A DNA stretch of 63,645 nucleotides, the filler included, from Candidatus Coatesbacteria bacterium (lineage in GTDB: Bacteria; JAFGND01), in the NCBI GenBank assembly GCA_016927185.1. It is 7 parts of 7 records of this genome, joined end to end, with 100 filler letters (N's around TTAATTAATTAA, not from the genome) between each part and the next. Parts side by side here need not be neighbours in the genome. Positions count along the whole stretch, not along the records: positions 1 to 10,364 come from JAFGND010000072.1; positions 10,465 to 22,845 come from JAFGND010000074.1; 5 more parts are not named here. One strand, 5' to 3'. The translations under genes were made by a program, and so were the position numbers. The notes beneath the pieces were generated by a model that ran no database searches, had not been told where the DNA came from, and saw only the letters and a program-made list of their open reading frames with translations. This document shows positions 1 through 10,465 of this stretch, one piece after another; within the stretch, counting starts at the first letter, position 1, and each line of letters begins with the position of its first letter.

Positions 1-6
1 GAGCGA

Positions 7-1815
7 TTGATGGAAGTGGAGGGGATAGGTAAGAAAAGGCTGGAGTTGATAAAAAGATCCTTTCAGAAACAAAAAGAAACTGCTCAAATAATGACTTTCC
101 TTGCCAGTCTTGAAATCGGTCTTTCTGGTTCATACAGGATTCTGGAAAAATACAAGGAAAAGACTGTGCAGTATATCAAGGAAGATCCTTACAGGCTTGC
201 AGATGAAATATGGGGATTCGGTTTCATCAAGACTGATAAAGTAGCAAAGCTGCTTGGTTTTCATGAGAATGATATAAGAAGGGCAAAAGCAGCATTAAAA
301 TATATGCTTTCCTCTATTTCACAGGAAGGACATACTTGCTATCCAAAAGACGATTTGATAAAGAGAGTTGAAACAAGGCTAAGGATTCCTGAGGAAGTTC
401 TTCTGAAAGCATTTGATGAAGAACTGGGATGTGGAACCATAGTAAGCGATGAAATAAATAATACATTCTATATATATTCAAGCAAGCTTTTCAGCTCAGA
501 AATAAAAGCAGTAACAAGACTTCATGAAATATTGATTTCTGACAATAATCTGCCCAGAATGAGAATAGATGATGAAATAATCTATGCCCAGAGAAGAGTA
601 TCAATATCTTTGACTGAAGAGCAGAAACATGCCCTGAGCAATTCTTTGAATAACAAGATATCAGTTATTTCAGGAGGACCTGGGGTAGGTAAGACAACTA
701 TAATGAAAGTGCTTGTTTCAATTCTGCTGCAGAACAAGGTGAAATTCCTGTTAACATCACCAACAGGCAGGGCAGCAAAAAGGCTTTCCGAAACTACTTC
801 CTATCAGGCAAAAACCATTCACAGAGCACTGGGGTGGGATCCACAAAAGGCTACTTTTATTTATAATGAAAGCAATGCAATGCCTTTTGATTTCATAATA
901 GTAGATGAGACATCAATGATTGATCTTCAACTTCTTTGTGCCCTTGTTCTTGCCGTGCCAGATAAATCGCATCTGCTCTTTATTGGTGATGTTGACCAGC
1001 TGCCAAGTGTTGGTGCAGGACAGGTTCTTCGTGATCTCATCTCATGGAAGAAAATAGGAACTGTCTATTTAAGGAAAATATTCAGACAGAAAAGTGATGG
1101 AACAATTGTCAGTACTGCTCATAAAATAAAAAATGGAACTATCCCTCTTTTCAATAACAAAAAGGAAGATACTGTCTTTTTCTTGAATGAAGATAAACCA
1201 GAAAGAGCACTTCCTGCTATTGTTGATCTTGTAAATAGAAGATTGCCAAATAAATACGGCTTTTCTGCTTCCGAGATACAGGTACTTTCTCCCCAGCATA
1301 AGGGGATTGTTGGTATAGAATCACTCAATATTGCTCTCCAGAATAATCTCAATCCTGTTAAGGAAGAAGAAAATTTCAAGATTCCTTATGGACTTAGAAT
1401 AGGAGATAAAATTATCCAGCTGAGGAATAATTACGATAAAGGTGTATTCAATGGTGATATGGGGATAATCTCTGATGTAGATGAAGAAGAAAGAAAGATC
1501 TTCATCAATTTTGAAGAGCGGATCATACCTTATGTTTTTGAAGAGCTGGATGAGATAAGTCTTGCTTATGCCTGTTCAATTCACAAATCACAAGGTTCTG
1601 AGTTTCGCTGCGTTGTAATTCCTTTGTTTACAGAGCATTACATGATGTTGCAGAAGAATCTTTTGTATACAGCCTTCACAAGGGCAAAGGAGCTTGTTGT
1701 TATTATTGGGCAACAGCAGGCACTTGAAATGGCAATAAAAAATACTTCTACTGAGAAACGCTATTCGTTTCTATCTCAAAGACTTAACTTAACCGAGTTT
1801 AAGTTTCAATCCTGA
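7..1815 (+). CDS. recD2: ATP-dependent RecD2-like SF1B DNA helicase (probably 5'-truncated by the window edge)
   Basis: HhH-like start (VEGIGKKR), DPYRLADEIWGFGF, Walker A GGPGVGKT, PTGRAAKR, IVDETSM, GDVDQLPSVGAG, AYACSIHKSQGSEF, LLYTAFTRA. Confidence 0.93.
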   Translation: MMEVEGIGKKRLELIKRSFQKQKETAQIMTFLASLEIGLSGSYRILEKYKEKTVQYIKEDPYRLADEIWGFGFIKTDKVAKLLGFHENDIRRAKAALKYMLSSISQEGHTCYPKDDLIKRVETRLRIPEEVLLKAFDEELGCGTIVSDEINNTFYIYSSKLFSSEIKAVTRLHEILISDNNLPRMRIDDEIIYAQRRVSISLTEEQKHALSNSLNNKISVISGGPGVGKTTIMKVLVSILLQNKVKFLLTSPTGRAAKRLSETTSYQAKTIHRALGWDPQKATFIYNESNAMPFDFIIVDETSMIDLQLLCALVLAVPDKSHLLFIGDVDQLPSVGAGQVLRDLISWKKIGTVYLRKIFRQKSDGTIVSTAHKIKNGTIPLFNNKKEDTVFFLNEDKPERALPAIVDLVNRRLPNKYGFSASEIQVLSPQHKGIVGIESLNIALQNNLNPVKEEENFKIPYGLRIGDKIIQLRNNYDKGVFNGDMGIISDVDEEERKIFINFEERIIPYVFEELDEISLAYACSIHKSQGSEFRCVVIPLFTEHYMMLQKNLLYTAFTRAKELVVIIGQQQALEMAIKNTSTEKRYSFLSQRLNLTEFKFQS

Positions 1816-3747
1816 AGCAAGTTCTTTTGCTATATCATGAATATCTCTTGCCCCCATTAAAATTATCAAGTCATTAGGTTGAACTATCGCTTTTATCTTG
1901 TCAATCAGCAGATTTTTAGTGCAATATTCAATGTTTGAGCCTTGCTTCATTTTTATCTCATTTATTATATCTTCGGAAGTGACTGTCTTTTCTACAGTTC
2001 CCCCAGCATAAAACACTTCAGTCAGAAAGATAATATCCTCGGGTTTCTTGTGTTGCATGAGAATATCTTCAAGTTCTTCCCGGAAAAGCTTTAGTGGATT
2101 GTAACCTGTTGGCTGCCAGACTGCTATTGTTCTCTTTCCCATTTCCTTGCATGCCATAAGAACTGATTTTATCTCATATGGATTATGAGCGAAATCAAGG
2201 AAAAGCTCCCAGTTCTTTCCTCTTGCGTATTTCTCAAATCTCAATGCAGGAAATGATGCTTCATTGAGAACCTCAATTGTTGAAGGAGGAATACCAACAG
2301 CAAGTCCCAGTGTAACTGTAGCAAGCAGGTTTTCATTTGTGAAACGGTTTGCCAGCATATTCTGATTATTCAATATTAATATCTCCTTGTTGTTAAATGA
2401 GATATGCAAACCATCATTCTGCATATTTCCCTTGATATTGAAATCTCCTTCAAAACCAAAAGAGAGGGAACGGTTTCTCGGGAAGTTAAGCTCTCTTATA
2501 TATTTGTCTTCACCATTATAGACAACCCAACCCTGTGGTCTCAGTTGATTTACGAATTTCTGGAAAAGCTTCTGCGTTTCTACGCATTCGGAATGATCCT
2601 TTGCAATATTTGTAAGAACTATATAATTGGGGAAGATTTCAAGCAGGCTGCCATCATGTTCATCAGTTTCTATTACAGCAACTGAATCCTCATTATTCAA
2701 ATTTGACCAGTCTGTCTCGAAATTTCTTGGATATGCACCTGAATAGACGAATGGAAGTGGTGATTCAAGCTCTTCAGCCCAGACTTGAAGCAATTGAGCC
2801 GCAAGAATAGTCACTGTTGTCTTCCCGGCAGTTCCAGCAACAGCTACACAAGAATGTTGATTGGCAAAAGATGCTAATTGATTGGAACGCTTCATTATAT
2901 GAAGTCCCAATTCCCTTGCTTTTTTCAAATCCGGTATATTGTCTTCTACAGCAACGCTATATACAATCCTGCTCAATGTATAGTCAATGCAAGATCCATC
3001 CTGATGGAATATTTCAATGCCATCTTCCTTGAATTCAGCGATTTCGCTTGATTGAGGATTCATGTCAAAATATCTATCTGAGCCGGAAACATGCCATTTA
3101 TCTCCGTTTAAGAGATAGGCAAGCGGTTTCATTCCATTTCCTCTTATGCCTATTAAATAAGCTTTTCTATCTTCATCTAATCTCAAGTGACGATTTTGAA
3201 CAGTTACCAGAATCCTGCTTTCTTCAAGAAGACTTCCTATAGTTGCTCTTAAATTAATGAAATCCTGATCATTCATAGTAAGGCATCCCATAGTGCTTCG
3301 GTTTCTTTTTGGATGTATGCATATCCCTGTTCGTGTATAATTGCCCCAGGTTATCTCCTCTTCATTCATGGATCCACTGAATCTGCCTTCCGAAATCACC
3401 AGATAGTCTTCTGTTTGAGGAGCGGGTTTGAAGTTGGCATGAAGGAAATAATTACCTGGAGGGCATTCATGATCAGGACCATATCTTTCTTCCTCACTCT
3501 CTGTTCTGTCGAATGGGCATGTTTCGCTATCTCTCCATACTGGAAAGCACTCAAGAAGAGATGATTTATATTCATTTTCCATTCTATAAACAAGTAGAGG
3601 GTAGGGGAGTTTAGATGTTTTTGCAAAAGGTTTTATTTCCTCACCAAGTATATAAATGTGGATATAAGGGAATTCAATTTCTTTTTGCAAATCCCTTACA
3701 GATTTTTTCATCCATTTTGAAAGATCAATCCCTGCAAAAAAGTCCAT
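1789..3747 (-). CDS. MurC/Mpl-family UDP-MurNAc ligase with an N-terminal L,D-transpeptidase-like domain
   Basis: C-terminal ~460 aa has IGIRGNGM, VAGTAGKTT, ETDEHDGS, NIAKDH, DFAHNP; N-terminal ~185 aa has PPGNY and IHPKRNRSTMGC. Confidence 0.75.
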   Translation of the reverse strand: MDFFAGIDLSKWMKKSVRDLQKEIEFPYIHIYILGEEIKPFAKTSKLPYPLLVYRMENEYKSSLLECFPVWRDSETCPFDRTESEEERYGPDHECPPGNYFLHANFKPAPQTEDYLVISEGRFSGSMNEEEITWGNYTRTGICIHPKRNRSTMGCLTMNDQDFINLRATIGSLLEESRILVTVQNRHLRLDEDRKAYLIGIRGNGMKPLAYLLNGDKWHVSGSDRYFDMNPQSSEIAEFKEDGIEIFHQDGSCIDYTLSRIVYSVAVEDNIPDLKKARELGLHIMKRSNQLASFANQHSCVAVAGTAGKTTVTILAAQLLQVWAEELESPLPFVYSGAYPRNFETDWSNLNNEDSVAVIETDEHDGSLLEIFPNYIVLTNIAKDHSECVETQKLFQKFVNQLRPQGWVVYNGEDKYIRELNFPRNRSLSFGFEGDFNIKGNMQNDGLHISFNNKEILILNNQNMLANRFTNENLLATVTLGLAVGIPPSTIEVLNEASFPALRFEKYARGKNWELFLDFAHNPYEIKSVLMACKEMGKRTIAVWQPTGYNPLKLFREELEDILMQHKKPEDIIFLTEVFYAGGTVEKTVTSEDIINEIKMKQGSNIEYCTKNLLIDKIKAIVQPNDLIILMGARDIHDIAKELASGLKLKLG

Positions 3748-6700
3748 TATCCCTCCTGTTCCTTGAAATACTCATTGAAGAAATTCGGATTCATACTAAG
3801 AAGAATTGAAGTTTGCCTGACTTTAATAAAAGAATTGTTTACTAATGCAGGATTTCCTTTTATTTCTCTTGAAAGCATCTTAAGATAATTCTCTACCATC
3901 TTTTTTCCTTCTTCAATAGATATTTCATCATATATCTGCTGATAAAATGTCAACAATAGATTAAAAACTGCTGGACTGAAGGCAGAGTTAGAACTTTGCT
4001 CTCTTAATGCAAACAAAATCTTTTCTCTTTCAATCCTCGAACTTAAATATACTGAATGTTCTTTTATTGTTTCATGTATCTCCAAAGATGAATTGGAGAT
4101 TGTTTTTGCTGAATTAAGAATTTGATTTGCAAGTACGAACATCTTGATTGAAATCAAGGTTTCAGTAAGTTTCACAAATCTATAGCATATATATTCCTGA
4201 AGAGAATTTTCAGCAGGCAGAAGCAAAAGAACCTGTTGCACCGCTTCTGGAATTCTATCGAATGCTTTTGCTGCTATAAGAATATCAAGCTTCTTGAAAA
4301 GGTATTCAGCTTTTTCAGATGCTTCTATATCTCTTGATGATAAAATCTGGTCTATCAGAGCGATACTTCTGTCATAATCATTTTGGGATGCATAAACATC
4401 TGACAGCCCTGTTATTGTTTGCATATTCCTGGCATCAAGATTATATGCATCCAGAAAAGCTGCTTCAGCTTCAGCATATCTTTCCATGCTCAAGAATGCC
4501 TGAGCCAGGTGAATTCTATAGATAACCTCGAAAGGTGCAATCTTGACTGCCTTGTTTAGCTCTTTCAATGCCTGTTCGTTCTTGCCTTCATATAAAAGTG
4601 CAAGTCCCAGCAGGTGATGTGGTACTGGAAGATCTGAAGAGAAAGTAAGTGCCTTGTTGAAGAAATATGAAGACTTTGAGAAATCACCTCTTTCCAGATT
4701 CTTCATCCCAGCTTTTATATATACAGAGATTTCCGATCCATATTCACTCATTGTCTCATATTCATGCCTTTTCTTTTTATCCCTGAGAGTTTCATACGCT
4801 TCTCTTATCTTCTGGAATTGATTGGGATTGCTTTCTGGACTGCTGGTTCTGATTTTCCTGAAATAAGCATCCTTTATTTCTTCAAAACTTGCATCCTTTT
4901 TTATATCAAGTCTTTTGTAATAATCATCTTGCTCAACTTCTGTACCGCTTTCTTTCAAATCATTGATAAGCTCTTCCCAGTTCTCATTCTTTTCATGAAA
5001 TGATATCAACCATTGCCAGTTTCCTGCTTTCTTGTGGCAGATTGAAGCAGCTTCCATTTCATTTATTTTTTCGAAAATCTTGCCTGCTTTCAAGAAATCT
5101 CCTGCCAACTCATATGATTGAGCAGCTCTTAACAAGCTTTCTGCTTTTTCAAACAACTGTGCAGCTTTCTGATAATCACCTGATTTGAGAAATGCATCCC
5201 CAGCAGTTTCAAACTGATTCAATTTGATAAAATATTCGGCTGCTTTGCTGAATTCATTATTCTTGAAATAAAACTCAGCTAATATTTCATTGTCGTCACT
5301 TAAAATAAATGATTTCTCAGCATCTTCCTTTTGATCAGCCTTGAGGAATGCTTTTCCTGCTTTTGTATATTGCCTGGCTTTCAAATAAGCATTTGCAGAT
5401 TCTAGAAAAAGATGCTGCTGATAATAAAATGTCCCTGCCTCTTCATATCTATTCAATGATAGAAGCGTATCAGCTGCTTTTCTTGGACATCCAGCTTGTC
5501 TGTAGCAAGCTAGTGCTGATTTATAATTGTTTTGCAAGGCATAGAGGTCTCCAGCTTTTTCATACTTATTGAGAAAGATTAGTAGTTCTGCTGCCTTTTC
5601 ATATAATGCAGCTTTTTCATATAATAATGCAGCTTGTTGCTTGTCATCTATTATCAATGCTATTGTTGCAGCTTTCTCCAGATCATTGTCCTTTACAAGT
5701 ACATCTATTGCTTTCTGATGAAGATCTGCCTTAAGATAGAAATCACCTGCTTCCTTATATCTGCCAATTATTTCATAGCAATTAGCAACTGACTGGTAAT
5801 CTTTTAATGACTTGAATAAACCCGCTGCTTCATCAAATCTTTCCAGAAGAAAAAGCATTCTTGCTGAATTATCAATATCATTTATAAGTCTGTAAAAATA
5901 AAGTGCTTTATCGAATTCATTATCTTCCTCATGTAATTTTGCTAATCTGTCATGTTTTTTCAATTTATAAAGCAATTCTTTAGTTTTTTCCCTGTTTCCA
6001 CTTTTTTCATATAATACAGCTGCTTCCTCAAGATTCCCTTCCTTTTCCATGCATAGAGCCATATTAGGATAATCCTGGACTTTCTCGAAAATCTCAAAAG
6101 CTTTCGTGAATTCATTACTTTCCAGATAAAGCCTTGAAGCTTTTTCAGGATTATTCCTTTCTAGATATAATTGAGCAGCTTTGCTGTAATATCCTTCTTT
6201 TTCATATAATTCAGCTGCTTTCTCTAAGTCTCCTTTCTTTTCATAAGCCTCAGCAGCCAATTTCATGTTATTATTGGACAAAGATAATTCTGCAAGTTCT
6301 TCCCATCTCTGCATTTCATATAGCAGTTTGACAAGGTTCTTTGTATCATTCAGCTTCTTGAAATACTCAAGAAGTTCTTCAAGATGATTACCATCTCTCA
6401 GTATTTTAATGCCTTCGGACTTTCTTCCGAATTTTAAAAGCAATAAGCCATATTTTTCCATATTGTTTGCTTTTTTGTAAGCATTAAGAGCATTCAGCTC
6501 AAGTTTAGCTTTTATGTAGCACCTCGCAGCTTTCTCATAGAATCCTGCTTTTTCATGACAATTAGCAGCAAGCGACCACTCTTTCAGCTTTTCCCATGAA
6601 TTTGCTGCCAGTTCAAAGTCCCCAGTTTGTTCTGCTATTCTTGCTGCAGTCATCCAGTCTTCGCAAAGAGTAGCATATTCAATAACCTTACCCCAGTTTT

Positions 6701-6974
6701 CCCTTATTCTGTAGTAATTCTCTATCTTTTCTATGTTTCCTGATTTTGTCCAGTATTCTATCATTTTATCTTCCAGCCCAAGTGATGAGCATATTTCACC
6801 ACAAGCATCAAGGTCTTCTTCTTTTTCAAGAATGGAAAGAGCCAAATCCACTTTCTTGCCTTTGACATAAGCTATTACTGCTTCTCTATTTAAGCCATTT
6901 TTCTCATAAAGAGCAGCTGCTTTCAGATATTTGCCTTTGGCTTCCAGCGATTTGATTTTACTTATATCACTCAT
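3747..6974 (-). CDS. Large TPR/alpha-solenoid repeat protein with an internal degenerate J-domain
   Basis: Many KAAELYEKAG-type helical repeats; DYYKRLDI...EIKDAY...SPE...FQKIREAYETL; C-terminal TPRs. Confidence 0.8.
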   Translation of the reverse strand: MSDISKIKSLEAKGKYLKAAALYEKNGLNREAVIAYVKGKKVDLALSILEKEEDLDACGEICSSLGLEDKMIEYWTKSGNIEKIENYYRIRENWGKVIEYATLCEDWMTAARIAEQTGDFELAANSWEKLKEWSLAANCHEKAGFYEKAARCYIKAKLELNALNAYKKANNMEKYGLLLLKFGRKSEGIKILRDGNHLEELLEYFKKLNDTKNLVKLLYEMQRWEELAELSLSNNNMKLAAEAYEKKGDLEKAAELYEKEGYYSKAAQLYLERNNPEKASRLYLESNEFTKAFEIFEKVQDYPNMALCMEKEGNLEEAAVLYEKSGNREKTKELLYKLKKHDRLAKLHEEDNEFDKALYFYRLINDIDNSARMLFLLERFDEAAGLFKSLKDYQSVANCYEIIGRYKEAGDFYLKADLHQKAIDVLVKDNDLEKAATIALIIDDKQQAALLYEKAALYEKAAELLIFLNKYEKAGDLYALQNNYKSALACYRQAGCPRKAADTLLSLNRYEEAGTFYYQQHLFLESANAYLKARQYTKAGKAFLKADQKEDAEKSFILSDDNEILAEFYFKNNEFSKAAEYFIKLNQFETAGDAFLKSGDYQKAAQLFEKAESLLRAAQSYELAGDFLKAGKIFEKINEMEAASICHKKAGNWQWLISFHEKNENWEELINDLKESGTEVEQDDYYKRLDIKKDASFEEIKDAYFRKIRTSSPESNPNQFQKIREAYETLRDKKKRHEYETMSEYGSEISVYIKAGMKNLERGDFSKSSYFFNKALTFSSDLPVPHHLLGLALLYEGKNEQALKELNKAVKIAPFEVIYRIHLAQAFLSMERYAEAEAAFLDAYNLDARNMQTITGLSDVYASQNDYDRSIALIDQILSSRDIEASEKAEYLFKKLDILIAAKAFDRIPEAVQQVLLLLPAENSLQEYICYRFVKLTETLISIKMFVLANQILNSAKTISNSSLEIHETIKEHSVYLSSRIEREKILFALREQSSNSAFSPAVFNLLLTFYQQIYDEISIEEGKKMVENYLKMLSREIKGNPALVNNSFIKVRQTSILLSMNPNFFNEYFKEQEG

Positions 6975-7026
6975 TGAACTAATTAATAGATTTGATTAAC
7001 TTATTGTCAATAAAAAACATAAAGTG

Positions 7027-9441
7027 TCATGATGAGAATTTTTTTTCTACAAAGCTGACTGCTGAAAGAGCATCCTTCCCATAACCATCAGCTCCGATTT
7101 TTTGGGCAAATTGCTCAGTTACTACAGCTCCACCGACAATGATCAAGCTATTTATGTTTTTCCTGTTTTTTATTTCAACAACCTTTTCCATTTCATTTAC
7201 TGTTGTAGTCATAAGTGCTGATAAACCAATGATATGTGCTTCATTCTCTCCTGCCTCATTCACAATTCTTTCTGCATCCACATCTTTCCCGAGGTCAATA
7301 ACTTCATGACCAAAGGACCTAAGCAAAGTACCGACAAGGTTTTTCCCTATATCGTGAATATCCCCTTTTACGGTAGCAAGGATTATTTTAATGTCATTGC
7401 TCTTTTTGGAGGATTTTGCTATTTTTTCACTTAATACAGGTTTAAGGATTTCAAGAGCTGATTCCATTGCTTTTGCCGATAACATTAATTGAGGCAGATA
7501 TATTTCTCCTTTTTCATAACTTATACCTACAAGCCTTATTGAAGGAAGAAGATAATCATTCAGTATATTCAAGGGATCAATTCTTTTATCAATATATCTT
7601 TTTATCGTGGATTTTATTGAAATATCTAATCCGTTAAATATCATATCATTTATAACATCTTCTGGACTTTCTTCTTCATCTTTCTTTATTATTATTGCAG
7701 GCTTGGCAATTTTAGTGGAGTATAAAGAGATATAGTTCTTAATTTCAGCGTCTCTTCCAGTAAGTACATCAGATGATTTTATAATCCAGTTCATTTCTTC
7801 AGAAAGGGGATTTGCAATAACTGCATCTAAACCAGCTTCTGCAGCCATAGCCATAAAAGCTGAATTCAGATATTTCCTTGCAGGAAGACCATATGAGATA
7901 TTGCTTATTCCAAGGACAGTATTCAATTCTAAATCATTTTTTGCTTTTCTTATTGTTTCAAGTGTCTCCATGATATTTTCCTGATTGCTTATTAAAGCCA
8001 TTACTAAACCATCAGCAAGCATGAAGTCAGTACTCAATCCTTTATCAAGCATAGCTTTTATTATCTTCTCCAATATCTTGATTCTGCCAGTAGAGGTTTC
8101 TGGTATCCCTTTATCATCCAATGGTAATGCTATAAATGGAGATCTCATTTCAGCTATTAATGAAAGTTTCTTTTCCAAATCCTCGCTTTTCCCCGAAATA
8201 CTGTTAATTAATGGAGATCCTGTGATTAAATAGAGAGCTTCTTTCATTGTTTCAGGTTTCCCTGTATCAATAGAGAACGGAGCTCTAATATTAGGTTCCA
8301 GCTTCAGCAAGATGTTTCTCATTTTTTCTGCTTCATCAATATCAGGAATTCCTATATTAATGTCTATTATTGAAGCATTTGCATCTATTTGTATTTTTGC
8401 TTCCCTGATTATAAATCCCCAATCATTGTTAAGTATTGCTTCAGTAAGGTTCTTTTTGGCAGTAGGATTTATTCTTTCTCCTATTATTTTTATTGGTAAC
8501 CCTGTTCCTATTTTTACATGACTGAAACCGCTGCTTATAACAACACTATTACTTCTTTCCGGAATGCTTCTTGCTTTATATTCCTTGATAATTTTGGCTA
8601 ATTCTCTTATATGCTCTGGGGTTGTTCCACAACATCCACCTATATAATTCAAACCATTATCAAGGAGAGGCCTGCATTTTTCTGCATATTCCCCAGGATT
8701 CAGTGTATATTTGAAATTACCAGATTTCCATATTGGTAGCCCAGCATTTGCCTGTATGCCAATTGGCAAGGATATGGTTGAGATTTCCTGAAGAGGTTTT
8801 AGAAATCCATCAGGACCTAAAGAACAATTGAATCCAAGACCAATTGCACCATTTTTCAGAGCTAAATCAGCAAAAACTGAAGGGGAGAAGCCATGCAAAG
8901 TTCTCCCGTTTTCTTCAAGTGTAATCTGGACGAAGAAGGGCATCTTGTGTTCTCTTGATGCAAGCATTGCAGCCTGAACTTCCTTCAAATGACTCATTGT
9001 TTCAATTATTACACCATCAGCTCCTGCAATTTTAAAATTATTTATGATTACTCTGAATTCATTCAGCATATCCTTGAAAGTATGATCTCCCAAGGGTTCA
9101 GGGAGGAGTCCAGTAGGACCTATACTACCAAAAACAAAAGCTCTGTCCCTTGCTCCTTTTCTTGCAAATTCTACTGCTGAGATAATTATATCAGTCAGTT
9201 TATTTTCAAGGTTGAATTGTCTGAGTTTATGAGATGATGCTCCGAATGTATTTGTTTCAACAATTATCGAACCATTTTCAGTATAAACAGCAGCAATATC
9301 TTCTAATATTGATGGTTTTAATAGATTTACTTCTTCGGGAACTGAAAAAGATATCCCTGAAGAAATCAATAGTGAACCCATAGCTCCATCAAAAAGAAGT
9401 ATGCCTTCATGCAGGATATCTATCATGTTTTTCATTTTCAT
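7027..9441 (-). CDS. metH: Cobalamin-dependent methionine synthase, short form (homocysteine-, pterin- and B12-binding domains)
   Basis: LFDGAMG, ETNTFGA, GFNCSLGP, GGCCGTTPEHI, IGERINPT, ATVKGDIHDIGKNLV, GLSALMTTT; no C-terminal reactivation domain. Confidence 0.9.
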   Translation of the reverse strand: MKMKNMIDILHEGILLFDGAMGSLLISSGISFSVPEEVNLLKPSILEDIAAVYTENGSIIVETNTFGASSHKLRQFNLENKLTDIIISAVEFARKGARDRAFVFGSIGPTGLLPEPLGDHTFKDMLNEFRVIINNFKIAGADGVIIETMSHLKEVQAAMLASREHKMPFFVQITLEENGRTLHGFSPSVFADLALKNGAIGLGFNCSLGPDGFLKPLQEISTISLPIGIQANAGLPIWKSGNFKYTLNPGEYAEKCRPLLDNGLNYIGGCCGTTPEHIRELAKIIKEYKARSIPERSNSVVISSGFSHVKIGTGLPIKIIGERINPTAKKNLTEAILNNDWGFIIREAKIQIDANASIIDINIGIPDIDEAEKMRNILLKLEPNIRAPFSIDTGKPETMKEALYLITGSPLINSISGKSEDLEKKLSLIAEMRSPFIALPLDDKGIPETSTGRIKILEKIIKAMLDKGLSTDFMLADGLVMALISNQENIMETLETIRKAKNDLELNTVLGISNISYGLPARKYLNSAFMAMAAEAGLDAVIANPLSEEMNWIIKSSDVLTGRDAEIKNYISLYSTKIAKPAIIIKKDEEESPEDVINDMIFNGLDISIKSTIKRYIDKRIDPLNILNDYLLPSIRLVGISYEKGEIYLPQLMLSAKAMESALEILKPVLSEKIAKSSKKSNDIKIILATVKGDIHDIGKNLVGTLLRSFGHEVIDLGKDVDAERIVNEAGENEAHIIGLSALMTTTVNEMEKVVEIKNRKNINSLIIVGGAVVTEQFAQKIGADGYGKDALSAVSFVEKKFSS

Positions 9442-10364
9442 CGCTCTAATACTTCCTTATAAAAATCTATGTATTTGCTTGCTGTTTTTTCAATAGAAAA
9501 ATCTTCTATTAAGCGCTTTCTTGCAGATTTTACCATATTACTTGCCTGATTTTTATGAGTCAAAATGAAATCAATGGCATCAGCTATCTTTACAGGATTT
9601 CCTGATTCTATCAATAAAGCATCGCTATTATCTCTCAGAAATTCAGGCACTCCTCCAACTTTTGTCGCAACAACTGGAATTTCTGCTTCAGCCGCTTCAA
9701 GCAATGTTATAGGAAGCCCCTCATCTATTGAAGGCAGAACAAAAACATCCATTGCTTTCAGGCAACTTCTGATATCTCTTCTGAATTCAAGCAAAAGCAA
9801 ATCCACCCCCTCTTCAATTGCCAGCTTCTTGTATTGTTCTTTCAATACACCATTACCAATCAAGATAAGTTTGATGCCCGGATATTTGTTTTTTAAAATG
9901 GAGCATGCTTTTATAAGAAATTCTTGCCCTTTTTGTATTGTTAATCTCCCTATACATCCAATTACTATCTGATTGAGCTTCAATCCCCATTCTTCCCTTA
10001 ATCTTGAACTGTTATCACCTTGCTTTTCGAATGATTTGTAGTCCAGTCCATTCTGAATTACTCTTATTTTCCTGCTATCAATATGCTGTCTCAATAAGGC
10101 TTTTTTCATATCATGAGATACTGCTATAAAACCATCTACGAGATAATTTGTCATGTTGTCAATAAACTGATAAAAAGATCTTTTATAAAAAGGCATCAGG
10201 AAATTTGATGATAATGGGAGATGAAGAGTTGTAAATCTCTTGATTCTGGCTAAATTCTTGCTTGCTATTCTGCCATAAAAATTATCTCTATAAGAATGAG
10301 TATGAATTATATCAGGATTGAAATCTAATATTGCCTTTCTTAATAAAACAATTCCCTTTTTATC
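9438..10364 (-). CDS. GT4 glycosyltransferase (5'-truncated at contig end)
   Basis: IGRLTIQKG, VLPSIDEGLPITLLEA, VATKVGG; frame stays open upstream of the track start (PDIIHTHS) to the linker. Confidence 0.9.
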   Translation of the reverse strand, partial: DKKGIVLLRKAILDFNPDIIHTHSYRDNFYGRIASKNLARIKRFTTLHLPLSSNFLMPFYKRSFYQFIDNMTNYLVDGFIAVSHDMKKALLRQHIDSRKIRVIQNGLDYKSFEKQGDNSSRLREEWGLKLNQIVIGCIGRLTIQKGQEFLIKACSILKNKYPGIKLILIGNGVLKEQYKKLAIEEGVDLLLLEFRRDIRSCLKAMDVFVLPSIDEGLPITLLEAAEAEIPVVATKVGGVPEFLRDNSDALLIESGNPVKIADAIDFILTHKNQASNMVKSARKRLIEDFSIEKTASKYIDFYKEVLER

Positions 10365-10464
10365 NNNNNNNNNNNNNNNNNNNNNNNNNNNNNNNNNNNN
10401 NNNNNNNNTTAATTAATTAANNNNNNNNNNNNNNNNNNNNNNNNNNNNNNNNNNNNNNNNNNNN
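10365..10464. other. Artificial contig linker
   Basis: 100-nt N-run with central TTAATTAATTAA (stops in all six frames). Confidence 0.98.
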
Positions 10465-10465
10465 G

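Noticed and set aside
10365-10464. Repeated TTAATTAATTAA motif inside N-runs (six copies)
   Set aside because: Artificial contig-joining linker; ORFs running into it and their X/LIN tails are artefacts.
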